In this document: one piece after another, positions 1 to 20,921 of the stretch
How positions within the stretch are numbered: position 1 is the stretch's first letter
Layout of the letters: every line of letters begins with the position of its first letter
Assembly: GCA_033442325.1 (NCBI GenBank)
Contig: JAWQFM010000005.1
Location: 1,212,329 to 1,276,328 of the forward strand
DNA length: 64,000 nucleotides
Source of the DNA: Salpingoeca rosetta
Taxonomy: Eukaryota; Protista; Choanoflagellata
Reading direction: 5' to 3'
Made by a program: the position numbers and the translations under genes
The notes under the pieces: model-generated
Told to the model about the DNA's origin: nothing
The model's database searches: none
What the model saw: the letters and a program-made list of their open reading frames with translations, nothing else

Positions 1-19
1 GTGTGTGTGTGTGTGTGTG

Positions 20-120
<101 letters not shown>

Positions 121-189
121 ATGTATATATGTGTGTGTGTGTGAGTGAATACGCATCAGTTCTTGAATTTGTGTGCCTGCGCGCTTACC

Positions 190-1243
190 CGCTCGCGAAG
201 GACGAGCTGGATCGAGTCCATGGCCTGCTTCACCTGCAGCGTAACAATTATCAGTGCAACCCGAGTAAGCGGGCGTGCACAAAGAGCGTGTAAGGCATGT
301 CATGGCATATTTTGGGCATGTCATGGCATTGCGTGGTATTGCGTGTGCTAACCTTCTTGAGGCGGAGGGGTCCCGGCATCTCTTCGCCAATCCGCCTTGC
401 TTCCAACTTGACGGTGAGCAGCTTGTTGCGCTCAATCAACAAAATGTACCTGCGCGCATGTCACGCGATGAGCGAAGTGAAATAAACAGCGAGAAAGAAA
501 AGGGTGCGGAACCAGCGTGTCTCGCGCCGTAACAAAAACACACACAGACACACATGCGCGCGCGCACACACAGACACAGACACAGACACACAGACACACA
601 CACACACACACCCTACCAGAGCTTGTGGAGGTCTTCGTTGCTCTTCACGCGTAGTTCACGAGTCTTCCACCGACGGCCTGAACACAGCATGGTCGCAAGA
701 ATGATTTCGTGGCACACAATATCAGTCACACAGCCGCAGCACTTTCATCTTCTTCACACACACACACGCATCTGCACGTGTGCACATCCAACCACACACG
801 CACACATACACGTGTGCGCATTCAATTACACACGCACAAACAGATATGTGTGCATTTTTACTTCAAACACACTCTGTCACATACGTACCAACGTCCACTT
901 CATCCCAGGCAGCGCCCTCTGGAAAAAACTTCTTCAGGCCCTCCGGCATGACAAACGCTTCATCTGCCGCTGCCGATGTCGCGCCACTGCTGGTTGTGTC
1001 GGATGCCCACCGCACAGTCTGCGCATGCAGCACTGGCACCGCACGCTGTCCCTGCTGCAGTTGGCGGGGCTGCACACGCAGCCGGGACGCTGTGGTTGTC
1101 GAGCACAAACGGCACGCATACGCCCTGGACATAGCACCAGCAACACCACCACCACCACGAACAGCAAGCGTCGCCATCGCTCTGCTGCCCATCGCCACTG
1201 CTGTTGCACCCACGCCACCCACCACGCGCTGCAGCAGCATCAT
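190..1243 (-). CDS. MRPL47: Mitochondrial ribosomal protein L47 (uL29m); 3' end lies beyond the window start
   Basis: Exons ~1243-889, ~677-618, ~448-353 and ~234-190 give an Arg/Ala-rich presequence, then [33 protein letters not shown]...MPGPLRLKKVKQAMDSIQLVLRER, matching the MRP-L47 signature. Confidence 0.92.
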
Positions 1244-1293
1244 CGTGCTCTTCTTCTTCTTCTCTTCAGCTGTCGAGGTTATGGAGTATTTGT

Positions 1294-1314
1294 GAAAGAT
1301 TCCAAACAACTTTC
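1294..1314. promoter_or_regulatory. Spaced palindrome GAAA-N13-TTTC in the 118-bp bidirectional MRPL47/MPST promoter
   Basis: GAAAGATTCCAAACAACTTTC lies about 50 bp from each ATG. A near-identical copy is at 4517-4537. Confidence 0.6.
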
Positions 1315-1361
1315 GCGGCCTGAAGGACAAGACGACAACTTCGAACAACACGCAGGCGGTC

Positions 1362-2568
1362 ATGGCTGGGAGTGTGCGGGTGTTGGTGAGCACGGCGTGG
1401 CTGGCACGTCAACTGGTGGCGAAGAACAGCACCGTCAAGGTCATCGATGCGTCGTTTAACATGCCAGCGGTACGCCATCGCACCAGTTCGTGCGCGCGTG
1501 TATGTGTGTGTGTGTGTGCATGTGTGTGTGTCTGTGCGTATTTATGTGTGTGTGTGTCTGTGCGTATTTATGTGTGTGTGTGTGTGTGCATGTGTGTGTG
1601 CGCCAATGAGTGAATGTGCACGCCAATGAGAGAGTACGCATGCCAATGAGCCAGTGTGAGGAGCGGCAGTAGCATGGATAACACGATTAGCTGACGTGGC
1701 GTGTGCTTGTTTTCTCCCATTGTTTCAGTGGAACAGGGACGCGCTGCAAGAGTATGAGGCAAGCCACATCCCAACAGCAACTTTCTTTGACGTTGACAAG
1801 ATCAAGGACGAGACGAGTGACCTGCCACACATGCTCCCTCCCGCAAACGTCTTCCAAGAAGGTATGCCACTGCCGAACTAACACACGCGCAGAGTCGTGT
1901 ACCATGTCGCAAATGTCCCATCACCGTCTTGCTTTTGTGACATTGTTGGGTGGATCTGTGTGCGTGCGTGTGTATTTGAGACACAGCCAAGGTGTCCTGC
2001 TCTGCAACTAGTCCCTTTTGAATGAACTCACGTGTGCCACTCCGCCACAATGTGTCCTGGGCACAGCAATGCGTGATCGCGGCATCTACAACAACGACCA
2101 CGTTGTTATCTATGATTGCAGTGACTTTGGCATCTTCAGTGCTCCGCGCCTGTGGTGGATGTTCCGCATGTTTGGCCATGACCGCGTGTCTGTGCTCAAT
2201 GGCGGCTTCACGGCCTGGACGAAAGAGGAGCGGCCCGTCGAATCTGCACCACTGAAGGTAAGGAAATGAAAAGAGGTGTGTGTGTGTGGGGGGGGGGTTG
2301 GAAACGGGAAGGGGGATGGTGGGGCCAAGCGGATTAGTGTCCGTTGGAGCATAGACACACGCCCTCACCTGTCGGGTATTGCTGATCGGTATCCGATTGA
2401 ATGGCACTGCGCAGTTGCCTGTGGAGCCGAGAAGTGACTATGTCGTTCAAGATGAGAAGACGGAGCTTGTGCGCACGCGGCAGGATGTTCTTGACAACCT
2501 CGCACACAAGAAAGAACACGTTCTCGATGCACGCTCGCGCGAAAGGTGCACGCGTGGGGTTATGAGAT

Positions 2569-2629
<61 letters not shown>

Positions 2630-2801
2630 GTTTGGGTGGGTGGATGGGTGTGGACATGTGTTTACGCACTTGTGCTTGGAGTTGGAGCACACCCTACACT
2701 AACACGCGAACATACATATTCACATGCACTTACATATGCCCACTCTCATGCACTGTGCTGTTTGTGTGTGTGTGTGCGTGTTTGTGTGTGTGTGTGTGTC
2801 T

Positions 2802-2837
<36 letters not shown>

Positions 2838-3555
2838 CTGTGTGGGTGGATGGGTTTGGACATGTATTTACGCACTTGTGCTTGGAGTTGGAACACACCC
2901 ATACACTCACACACGAACATACATACACATACGCACTTACATATGCCCACTCTCATGCACTGTGCTGCCGTGTGTGCCAGGTTTAACGGCACAGCACCGG
3001 AGCCGCGCCCGGGTCTCTCGTCTGGCCATGTCCCCGGCAGCACGTGCCTTCCATTCACCGACTTTCTCGCAGACAAGGTAGTGCGCTTGTGTGTGTGTGT
3101 GTGTGTGTGTGTGCTTGTGTGTGTGTGTGTGTCTTGTGTGTGTGTGTNNNNNNNNNNNNNNNNNNNNNNNNNNNNNNNNNNNNNNNNNNNNNNNNNNNNN
3201 NNNNNNNNNNNNNNNNNNNNNNNNNNNNNNNNNNNNNNNNNNNNNNNNNNNNNNNNNNNNNNNNNNNNNNNNNNNNNNNTGTGCTCGGAGCTGGAGTCCA
3301 CACTGTCTTTACACTGGACATCTACATATACGCGGTTTCATTAAACACACTCTCAACACATATGTTGTGCGCGTGTCAGGTTTTGCGGCACAGCCCTGCA
3401 GCCACACCGTATCTTCTCATTGTGACAATTAACAGGACAGCACGTGCCATACAAACTCAGACATTCTTACTCACAAGTTTATTCCGCTTTTAACACACCT
3501 GAGTCTTTGTGTGTGCTAGTGTGTGTGTGTGTGTGTCGTCGTGTGTGTGTGTGTG

Positions 3556-3614
<59 letters not shown>

Positions 3615-4233
3615 TCTCTCTCTCTCTGTGTGTGTGTGTGTCCGTGCATGAAATGAGACCACGAGGTTCCTCGGACTGGAACCACAGCTTTTCTTGGATT
3701 AATGTAATGCCATTCACAGAACATCACAACTCATCACCGCACCACTATTTTGCGTTTCATGACAGCGCATGAAGGAGCGTGGGGAGCTGGAGACAATCTT
3801 CAAGGTGGCAGACACGGATCTGCAGAGCCGGCGGTGCATTGCGTCATGCGGGTCCGGCGTGTCCGCATGCGTGATTGCCATGGCCGCACACATCGTCACA
3901 GCCCCGCTGGACCCAGAAGGAGGTGCGCGCATAAGTGCGTTCGTGTGTGTGTGTGTGTGCTTTCGTGCATAACGGTGGGTGTTGCTGTTGGGTGTGACAG
4001 CAGCATCAAGATACAACGTTGTGCCATCGTGTCGTCTGTGCCACAGCACGTCGCAATACGCAGCCATCCTTTTCTGACCCCTTTCCTTGGCTCGTATTGT
4101 TTGTTGCGTCGCCTGTCTGTGCATGTACGCAGGCGCCCTGAACCACGACCAGGTCATGCCCATCTACGACGGCGCGTGGACGGAATGGGCCTCCTCCGGC
4201 TGCCCCATCGAGAAGCACCAGGACGCACAATAG
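1362..4233 (+). CDS. MPST: 3-mercaptopyruvate sulfurtransferase (tandem rhodanese domains)
   Basis: Exons encode [60 protein letters not shown], active-site loop CGSGVS and C-terminal YDGAWTEW. Stop TAG at 4231-4233. Confidence 0.93.
2637..2968 (+). repeat. Duplicated ~125-bp intronic segment separated by (GT)n
   Basis: ~2637-2760 and ~2844-2968 are near-identical (gggtggatggg...cactctcatgcactgtgctg). Confidence 0.85.
3148..3279. other. Assembly gap (N run) in an MPST intron
   Basis: Run of N. Confidence 1.
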
Positions 4234-4404
4234 GCGCGTGATGGGGTCGCTCTATGTGCGTGTGTGCATGAGATCGGGTGTGTGACTAAGACAGAGAGAG
4301 AGAGAGAGATGGGTGTGTGATGGATGTGTGTGAGCGAATAAAGGAGTGGCAGAAGGTAGGATAAACATACACACAATACTCACACAATACACACGCACAC
4401 ACAG

Positions 4405-4435
<31 letters not shown>

Positions 4436-4495
4436 GACACACACACGCAGACACACAGAGCAGTCGTAGCGCATTTTGTGCCGTTTGAAACTGCT

Positions 4496-4537
4496 TGACA
4501 ACCAATGGCGAATTGTGAAAGATTTCAATAAACTTTC
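4496..4537 (+). promoter_or_regulatory. DRC7 promoter: RFX-like half-site (TGACAAC), CCAAT and GAAA-N13-TTTC palindrome
   Basis: TGACAAC at 4496-4502 (reverse complement GTTGTCA), CCAAT at 4502-4506 and GAAAGATTTCAATAAACTTTC at 4517-4537, all 110-150 bp upstream of the ATG. Confidence 0.5.
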
Positions 4538-4647
4538 AGCAGCCGATATCAACCCCACAAAGCAAACAGAGACAGAGAGGAAGACCGACCAAACCACACG
4601 ACGCAGCAAGCACAACCACAACAGCACCGCTATCAGACCAGCCAGCG

Positions 4648-12540
<7,893 letters not shown>

Positions 12541-13277
12541 CGTGACGTGATGTGGTGTGATGATGGCTGATGGGGTGACCATTGATGGTGTTGGTTGGTG
12601 CTGCCGCTGGTACTCGTGTTGAGTGGTGACATGGTTCAATTGTGACGTGATGCAGTCATCATGAAGTCATGGCGTGTGCGCAATGGACGGGTGATTGCCC
12701 TTGTCGCCACATCAAACATTGCGTTCATCTGTGTCGACGTGCGTGCGTGCGTGTGCGTGCGTGCGTGTGTGTGTGTGTGCGTACGTATTCTCTTGGTTAT
12801 GGCGTTTTTCTTTTTTGCAAGCTCACGCGCCATGTTGACTTGGCTGGCGCTGATGTACACATTTTTCACATGCTGCTGTTTGTTGCTTGCTGCCATGATT
12901 GTTGTTCCGCCTCTCCACATGCCCCCCCCCCCACACACACACACACAATACGCGCTTGCCTTCACTCAAGGGGCATAAGTACAGTCTAATGAGAACGAAC
13001 AGTTTGAAGGCACGCTGAAATTGGTTGACATTCAGTTGTGCGTTGCGGCACAACGAACAATGTGAAACCACCTTGTATGCACACACATGAAATCTTGCGT
13101 AAGCTCACTGCTAGGACGATCCAAGACAAGAGGAAGCTAACCTTGCCAGCCACACGGGACGAGCAAAGTTGATAGTTACAGTGCACTCGTCTCAACAGAA
13201 CACACACACACACACACAAGTATGCACACGCACACGCACACGCACACACACACACACGCACACACACACGATCAGAC

Positions 13278-16200
13278 TCAATGCCAGGCGTCCTGCGCGG
13301 CGAGGGCGACGGCGTCCTGCAGAGCACTGGCAGACAATCGCCCTGATGCGTCCGTTGCGTGCACAAACAGCGTCGAGTTGACAGCACTCAAACACACGGA
13401 AGGGCCAGCACACCCCGCATCCTGCACATACATGTCCACATCTGACGCGAGCGTCTGTGTCGACATGGTTGCTGGCACACAGAGTGGCGGAAGGACGTGG
13501 AGACTGATGTCTGCACATGTGTTTGCACGCACGCCAGCACACAGCGAGAGGGAACGAGAAACAAGCCGCAACAACGCCTCGCTGGCCGCAAAACATGATG
13601 TCCTAATGGACAGTGGCGATGACGACGACGACGACGACGACGACGATGATGATGATGATGATGACGATGATGATGATGATGATGAGGAGGCGGAGGAGGT
13701 TGCAAGGAGGGCAGCCAGCATGTGGGGTGTGCGCGTGGCCGTGCGAAGCGCTGCTGCGGTCGTGAGAAACCGCAGTGGCGACTGCGACGCCGTCATGTAC
13801 ACAGAGAGGGCGACAACGAGATTCCGCCGTGGTTGCTGCTGTGCCTTGCCACCACCACACAGTGGGCCGTTCAGAAGGGCATGTATGGCACTGGCAAGCG
13901 CACTGACACACGAATGCATATCGGATGAGCCTGCAGAAGTTGGTGGCGGCGGCGGTGGCCCCGTTACCGCTGAGCGAGCAAAGATGACAGGCGCTGCGTT
14001 TGATGTTCGACGCGACTTTCCGCCCACAGCCCATGCCGATGACGATGATGATGCTGAGGATGAGGATGGGTGTGGCATGGACAAGGCTTGCGAGGACTGG
14101 CGGTGTTCGTGCTTGTTGTGTTTGCTGTGCTTGCGCTTTGCCGCCTTCTTCTGCGCGTTTTTGGTCGTGTTGTGTATGCCGCCGCCGCTGCTGCTGTTGT
14201 TGTCGACCAACGGCACATTCCCACCACCGCTGATGCGTGCCCACAGGTGATGGAAGATGGTCACGAGGAGGAAGCGCGCTAGCATCGCGACAGCCACAGC
14301 GCCGCCAGCCACCGCATGCAAGTGTGCGCTCACGCCGGTGCCCTTGGACTGTCCTGAGGGGCGCACGCGTTGCTGCTGCTGACCCAGGTGCAGCAGCAGC
14401 GTACCCAGCACGTTGGCTGCCTCCACCCGGGGAAGCACTGTAACCACAAACGAACGGGGAAACTTCACCGATGACGACGATGATGATGATGATGGCGACG
14501 ACGGTGGTGATGCTGTCTGAAGCAGGCTGGCATCAACCAGTGTTGCCTGTGCACAGACGGTGGATGGCGATGGGACAGCAGCCAATGCTGTGTTGTAGAA
14601 GCCATCGCGTGTCGTAGGCGAGGCGAGCTGGCGTGTGAGGCGCTTTATGTGGTGGCTGCTGCGATCACCGCGCCACACGCAGCGAACCTCCACGCCAGAC
14701 AACGTGGCGGCATCCACGCTGGCGAGAGGGAAGAAGTTGACAAGGGACAGACGTGGCATCATGGCGTGCGCGTGAGCGTCTTGAGCATGTCGTGGTTGAG
14801 GCAGCCCCAGCAAAGGCACACATACAGGCAAACATGTACACATTTACACAAAATGCATTCACTTGCACACGCATGCACACATGTGTGTGCAAACATACGT
14901 ATGCACGCACACGCGCGCTCGCGAATCCATGAGTGCAAAATCGTGGCAACTCACGTGTTGAAGAGTTGATAACGGAGTTCGTCTGTGTGCGTCGCGTCGA
15001 GCGCAGACGGTAGTGTGCTGCCGCAAGATGTACAGCCACGGAAAGCGTGCGTGTCCAGGTGAATGCAGGTGAACATGATGACATCGCGAACAAAACAACC
15101 CTCAAGGGCATGGTTGTGAACGTGCATGAAACTAGCGCTGGCACAAACCACAATCACAACCAACCCCACAATCACAACCAACCTCAACCCCCACAACCAC
15201 ACAACCACACAATCAAATCACACACAAACATGGATATGGGCAAACCTGCAGAGGGTGACGAGGGGCTGAGATGTGCTGTTCTCTCCACGCGTCTTCTTCC
15301 CCAGGCGCGCAAGGGATTTCAACAGCCACGACGGCGCCGATGACGGGGATGTGACGAGCAACCAGATGAGCGAGGCAAGTCCAGCCAGCAGCGACCACAG
15401 CAGCGCGGCGCCGCGACCAACACCGCCCAGTGCCATCATCATCCACGCTACAGCAACAGCAACCAGGGTCAGCTGCTGCTGGTGGATGGCCGCACGGGAC
15501 TGCCGCCTCTCCTCCCGCACAGCGCGAAGTGCATCCTCTGCGAGCGAGTCAATGCTCCACGACGAGCGCACAGACGCCCGGCGGCTGTCGGGGTTGCCTG
15601 CAAGCACGCACAGGGCATGTTTGCCCTTGTTCGCGGCGGCCTCTGCGCTCTCCACGAGCACACAGTTGTCATCATGCTCGTCCCCACCACCACCAACAGT
15701 GCCTTCGCCATCGCTCCGGCCGTGGCGGGTGCGCGGAGCACGGCGTGGGAGGCGGTCAGCTGCCCACGTCTGCAGTTTGATCAGCGCCGCAGGTGCAACC
15801 CACGTGTGGCGTCGGATGATGCGCGTGCGTGCCCGCGCCCTCGATGCAGTGGACTTGGAGGCGGTGGTGGTGGTGTGAGATGCACTATGACCAGTAGCGG
15901 CACCACCATCAGGGTTGGCAGCGCCTGGCTCAGTGGGTGCAGAAGCGTGACTATCGTGCCCGGCATCGCCTCTGCCGCTGTTGCCAGCATCACCACCATC
16001 ACAACCGCTGCTGTTGACGGCTGTCGCTTGAATTGATGCTGATGTTGTTGGTAAGGGCTGGGCATTCACAAGGGCCCAGCTCAGCTCCTCGTAATGCCTG
16101 ATTGTTTCCTTTGCGTCGTTCAGTTTGGCAATCAGCGCATCAACGCTTTCACCACCCAGCAAACTGTCGCTGTGATCGGCACCACTGCCACTGCCAGGCA

Positions 16201-17779
16201 GAGCAATGCTGGTCGTGCTTGCGCTGCGACTCGTCTTCTTGCTGCGACGACCCAAGCCATCAGCATCGGGTTTGCTGGATGCGTGCTTTGCCCTTACAGA
16301 TGATGCAGATGATGATGACGATGAGGACGGCGGCTTGTTCTTGTCTTTGTCGTTGTTGCTAGTGTCACCGGCAGCATCGCCGTGCGCCGGTGTTGCTGTG
16401 GCCTCCGACTGCCGCGACTTGTGGAAGGCACTGTCACTTCTGCTGCTGCCTGTCTTGCTGCCGTTGGCACGCTCATTGCGGCTGACACCACCACCCTCCT
16501 CCTCCTCGTCATCATCATCATCGTCACCATGATCACCACTGCCACAGCTGCTAGCATCCTTGTCGTCGTAATGGTCATCACCACTTTCGCCACCATTGGC
16601 AGCCGCGGCCGCACTGGAGGCGGTGTTTTCGCGGGCGACGGTGACGCTTGCTGTGAGTTCGGCGAGCTCTCTCTTCTTCTCCGCAATTGTGCGCATGAGA
16701 CGCGCCAGTTTTCCCGCAGCACCGCTGATGTCCATCTCATAATCGCGCATCAAATCAGCAATGACGTCGTCTTTGGTCACCACGCCAGCTACGCAGTCGC
16801 TGCTGCTGTGCGCGCGCATGTGGCGGCTGCCTTGCAGCATGCCCGCGAGTGTGCCTGCAGGCAACGATGGCCGCTCGTTCGCACGGGATGCGCTGATGCT
16901 TGCATGCAGCTGGCTGGGCGACACAACTCGACTGCCATCACCGGCGCGGGCTGCGGGCGGCGTCTCCACCAGCAGCGCAGACGCTGTTGTGGTTGCTGTT
17001 GCGGTGGGTGATGTGGGGATGGAGGCCGTGGAGTGGCGAGAGCGTGATCGCAGCCGCATTAGACTGGATTCAGTCTCCATAAGCCGCTTCTGCACGTGCC
17101 GCAGCTCGCGCCGTGCAGAGCGCAGCCGCTTGTTCTTCGTCTCACGCCACCGGTCCACTGTCGCAAACAGCGTGCTTGCTTCCGGCACTTCCTTCCACGG
17201 ACTCCCCATGGTAGTGGCCTGGTCCTCGCTCGGTTCTGGTGAGTGCGGGCGACTTGCATCGTCACCATGATGATGGTGCATCGTCGTCTCATCTTGCGTT
17301 GTTGTTGCTGCTGCAGCTGATGTGACGGGTGCGGCTGGTGGTGGATATTCTTTGCTCGCCGGTTGCTGCGAAACACGTGCTTCAGTGTTGTGTCCTTGAT
17401 GTTGTTGTTGGTGTGTGCGTGCATCTGTTCCCTCGAGCATGTCGGAGGGTGACGATGGGGTGGTGGTTGGCGACGCGGCAAAGGAGGTGCGCGAGAAGCG
17501 CGGCGTCTCTGTGTGTTCGTCAAGCAGCAATCGCTCCTGCACACCCGTGATGGTGGACTCGAATTCCAACTCCACGGTCTCTGCACGTGCCACGGCCTCG
17601 TTCAGCTCTGCGGACGTTGCTTCCAGCGCCTTTTGAAGCATCATAGCCATTGTCATCGTGATGGTGGTGGTGGTGGTGGTGGTGGTGGCACATGCGTGAG
17701 GCGTTCAAAGGGGGAGGCAGCGAGCTGCAGACTGCTTGTATGTGCTTGTGCTTGTGCTTGTGCTTGTGTGTGTGTGTGT

Positions 17780-17822
<43 letters not shown>

Positions 17823-20295
17823 TGGGTGCGGGTGGGTGGGTGTGCGGCCTTTGTGCAGTCCTCACAGTCGCTAGGATTGTGTGAAGCATCACACAAATCC
17901 GATCCCCAACACGCACACGCACAACGAACCAATCGCACGCACACACACACACACACACGCACATCATCATCAACATATACACGGTGCTGACCTCTCTGTA
18001 GTCGTCGAGCTCGAGCTTTGTCTGCTCAATCTCTGTTCTGTATGCCATCTCCAGGCCCTGCAGCTCTTCGCGCAGACTGGCATTTGTTTCCCGCTCCGTC
18101 GCAAGCATCTCCCCAAGCAGCGCCACGTGCTTGTGATAGTCCTGTGTCTCTTCGGCAAGGAAGGTTCGCAGGCGGTCTTGTTCGGCCTGGGCATCCACCA
18201 GCTTCGCCTGCAGCTCGTCAATAAACTCTTTCTCTTCGTCCTCGTCTGTGCTGCTGCCGTCGCGACCGCTACTACCAGCCCTTCTCTCGCCCTCGTCCAC
18301 ACGGGACAGCGAGGCGTTGAAGGCGGCAGCAGTTGAGCGGCGTGCGCGGCGCTGGCTCTTCTTGCCGCTGCTGGCAGAGGATGCGTCTTGCGTCATGTCT
18401 TCCAAGCGATGACGCAATGACGTGTACTTGTCGCGTTCTGCATTGAGTTCGGACAGCAGTTCCGATTTGTCCGCCTGCAGCGCTTCCACCGTATCGTGCT
18501 ACCCGTGATGCCATGAGGGTGTCGGGAGAGGGAGGGGGTATGGGGATTTGCGCACGTGTGTGCATGCGTGAGTGATTGAGTGAGTGTGTGTGTGATTGAG
18601 AGAGAGAGTGTGTGTGTGTGTGTGTGATTGAGTGAGTGTGTGTGTGTGTGAGTGATTGAGCGAGTGATTGAGTGAGAGAGTGTGTGAGTGATTGAGTGAG
18701 TGTGTGTGTGTGAGTGTGTGTGTGTGTGTGTGTGTGAGTGTATGTGAGTAAGTGTGTGATTGTGTGTGTGTTCATGTATGAGTGTGTGAGGCGAGCTGCA
18801 GTCGAGGACATGTGCGACCCACCGCTTGCGATGCCTCTGCCTGCGCATTCTTCAGGCGCTGCCGGAGCGAGTCATTCTCCTCCTCAAGCTCTTCTGCCTG
18901 TGCTTCAAGTTGCATCTGTCACAGTTGTGGCAGCACGTGTGCGTGAGAGGAAAATGTGTGAGGCGTTGCAAAGGACCACACAGTGTACACATTCACAAGT
19001 ATCACCACACAAAACACACATTCACAAGTTTTTACCACACAAAACAAACAAACACACAAACAAACAAAGAAACAAGCAAGCAAGCAAACAAGCAAGCAAA
19101 CAAACAAACAAGCAAACAAGCAAACAAGCAAACAAATACTCATGCACACGCACATGCACACAAGGAAACAAGTTGACAAACCAGCATGTCGCGGTCTTGG
19201 GCGATTTTGGCCTTGCATGCCTCAACAACGGCCATGGACCTGTCCAGGTCGAGCTGAAGGTTCATGCGGAGTTGCCGCTGCGCCTCGTACTCCTCCAGAA
19301 ACGACTGCACGCACTCCATTGGACTGCGCGACCCGAGCTCCGAGAGCCCTGTCGCGGACATGGTTTGGATAAATGCCTGCCCAACAGCCTCCACCTGCGC
19401 AGCGAGCGTGGCGTTCTGCGTTTCGAGCCTGTGGATGAGCGAGTTGGCCTCTGCAAGCTGCGTCTGCAATGCGGCCTGGTCGTGTGTTTGCCGTGCGTCC
19501 TTGGCGCGCTGCTCTGCTTCGGCCAGCTGCTTCTTTGCCATGTCGCGCTGCGTCTCCGCCGCCTGTGTTGCGGTTTCCAGCTTCTTTGCGCGGTCGTTTG
19601 CCATCTCCAGCTCCTGCTGCAAGGCCAGCTTCTCCGAGCTGAGGATCTTCAGCCGCCGATCCTGCTGGTGCACGAGCTTCTCCAGCCGGAACCGGTCCAG
19701 CGGCGTTCGCAGCAGCGTTGGCGTCGCCGCCATGCTTGCTGTCCTCAGCTCCTCACACAGCTCAGCATGGCGTGGATTCCTCGGCTGTGCGTGCGTGTGT
19801 GCGCGTGCGTGTGTGCGTGCGTGTGTGCGCGTGCGTGTGTGCGTGCGTGTGCGTCATCTGGTTGTGAGAGGAATCACCTGTGTTGCTCTCTGTTAGCACA
19901 CACACGCACACATACACATACACACACGCACACGCACACATGCATGCACGATAGAGTGTGGTCCACAGCATCGCGTGAGCAGCAGTCAGCTGCCACAGTG
20001 CAGGCAGCTCGACTCACCGTGGACATGGACCGCGCACGAAGCCCATTCTCGTCGTTCTACATAGCGTTAGCATGACGACAAAAATCACGGGCCGAACACG
20101 GACGACCAATGATAATGAATGAGTGGTGACGGTTCACATGCACACAAACATATGCACACACATGCACACACACACACAAGACATGCACACAGACATGCAC
20201 ACAGACATGCACACAGACATGCATACACATGCACACACACACGCACACAACACAACACAACAACACCAAACCTCGCCGCCAACGTCAGCCATCAT
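13278..20295 (-). CDS. Large uncharacterised protein: N-terminal coiled coils, low-complexity middle, hydrophobic segments and an unknown C-terminal domain
   Basis: Phase-compatible GT-AG exons: 20295-20272 (MMADVGGE), ~20056-20018, ~19784-19182, ~18916-18822, ~18499-17992, ~17630-15246, 15137-14955 and 14718-13278. Heptad-rich E/L/Q/R segments; hydrophobic stretch ~15470-15350. Confidence 0.65.
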
Positions 20296-20399
20296 GGATG
20301 GTGTGCAACATCACAAAAAGTGGTACGGCATCGATGAAGCGGTCCATTTAATTTCGCATGGAATCATCATGACTCTGCGCTTCATCCTCTGTTAAAGCC

Positions 20400-20464
20400 C
20401 AAAGATTCGATGCACTTTTCCTGAATTGCTCCGACAACCTACCGAAATCATTGCGAACATTTTC
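20400..20464. promoter_or_regulatory. Two SAAA-N13-TTTC elements in a divergent promoter
   Basis: CAAAGATTCGATGCACTTTTC (20400-20420) and GAAATCATTGCGAACATTTTC (20444-20464) lie between the - strand ATG at 20295 and a probable 5'UTR intron (~20506-20858) of the + strand receptor gene. Confidence 0.55.
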
Positions 20465-20921
20465 CACGCCCTTTGTTGTGTTGCGCTGCTGCAAAAGCAA
20501 AGCGAGGTGAGGCGAGGAGGAGGAGGGTGGGCGTGGAAAGGCGGCGGTGATGTGGGCGGCATGCGCAGCCGTCCTGTGCTGATGGTGTCCTGTGCTGATG
20601 GTGTGCCTGCCACGCTGGCCTGTCACCACACCTCGACCCCTGTCTGTGTTGTATCGCTGTCACCCACGTGTATGCGCATGTATGCGCATGTGTGTGTGTG
20701 TGTATGAATGTGCACGCGCGTTGTGCGTTGTGCAACAAAGCATTGCATCCTACACCAACGGGATCGCGCGTGAATCACTGCTTGCTCACATGGCATTGTT
20801 CCCCACCCATGGTGTGCATGTGTTGTCCTGTGTTCCCTTGTTGCTCTTCGCTTTGCAGAACTGCGGCGCCAGGAGAGTTGCACCACAAGGTTCCACAGCA
20901 AGCCAGTGCTTTCTTTGGGGC

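Noticed and set aside
13222-14250. 342-aa + strand ORF with poly-Asp
   Set aside because: Antisense shadow of the - strand terminal exon, where the repeat encodes poly-Ser; the - frame is supported by splice phase.
18738-20075. 445-aa + strand ORF
   Set aside because: Antisense to coiled-coil exons and runs through intronic repeats.
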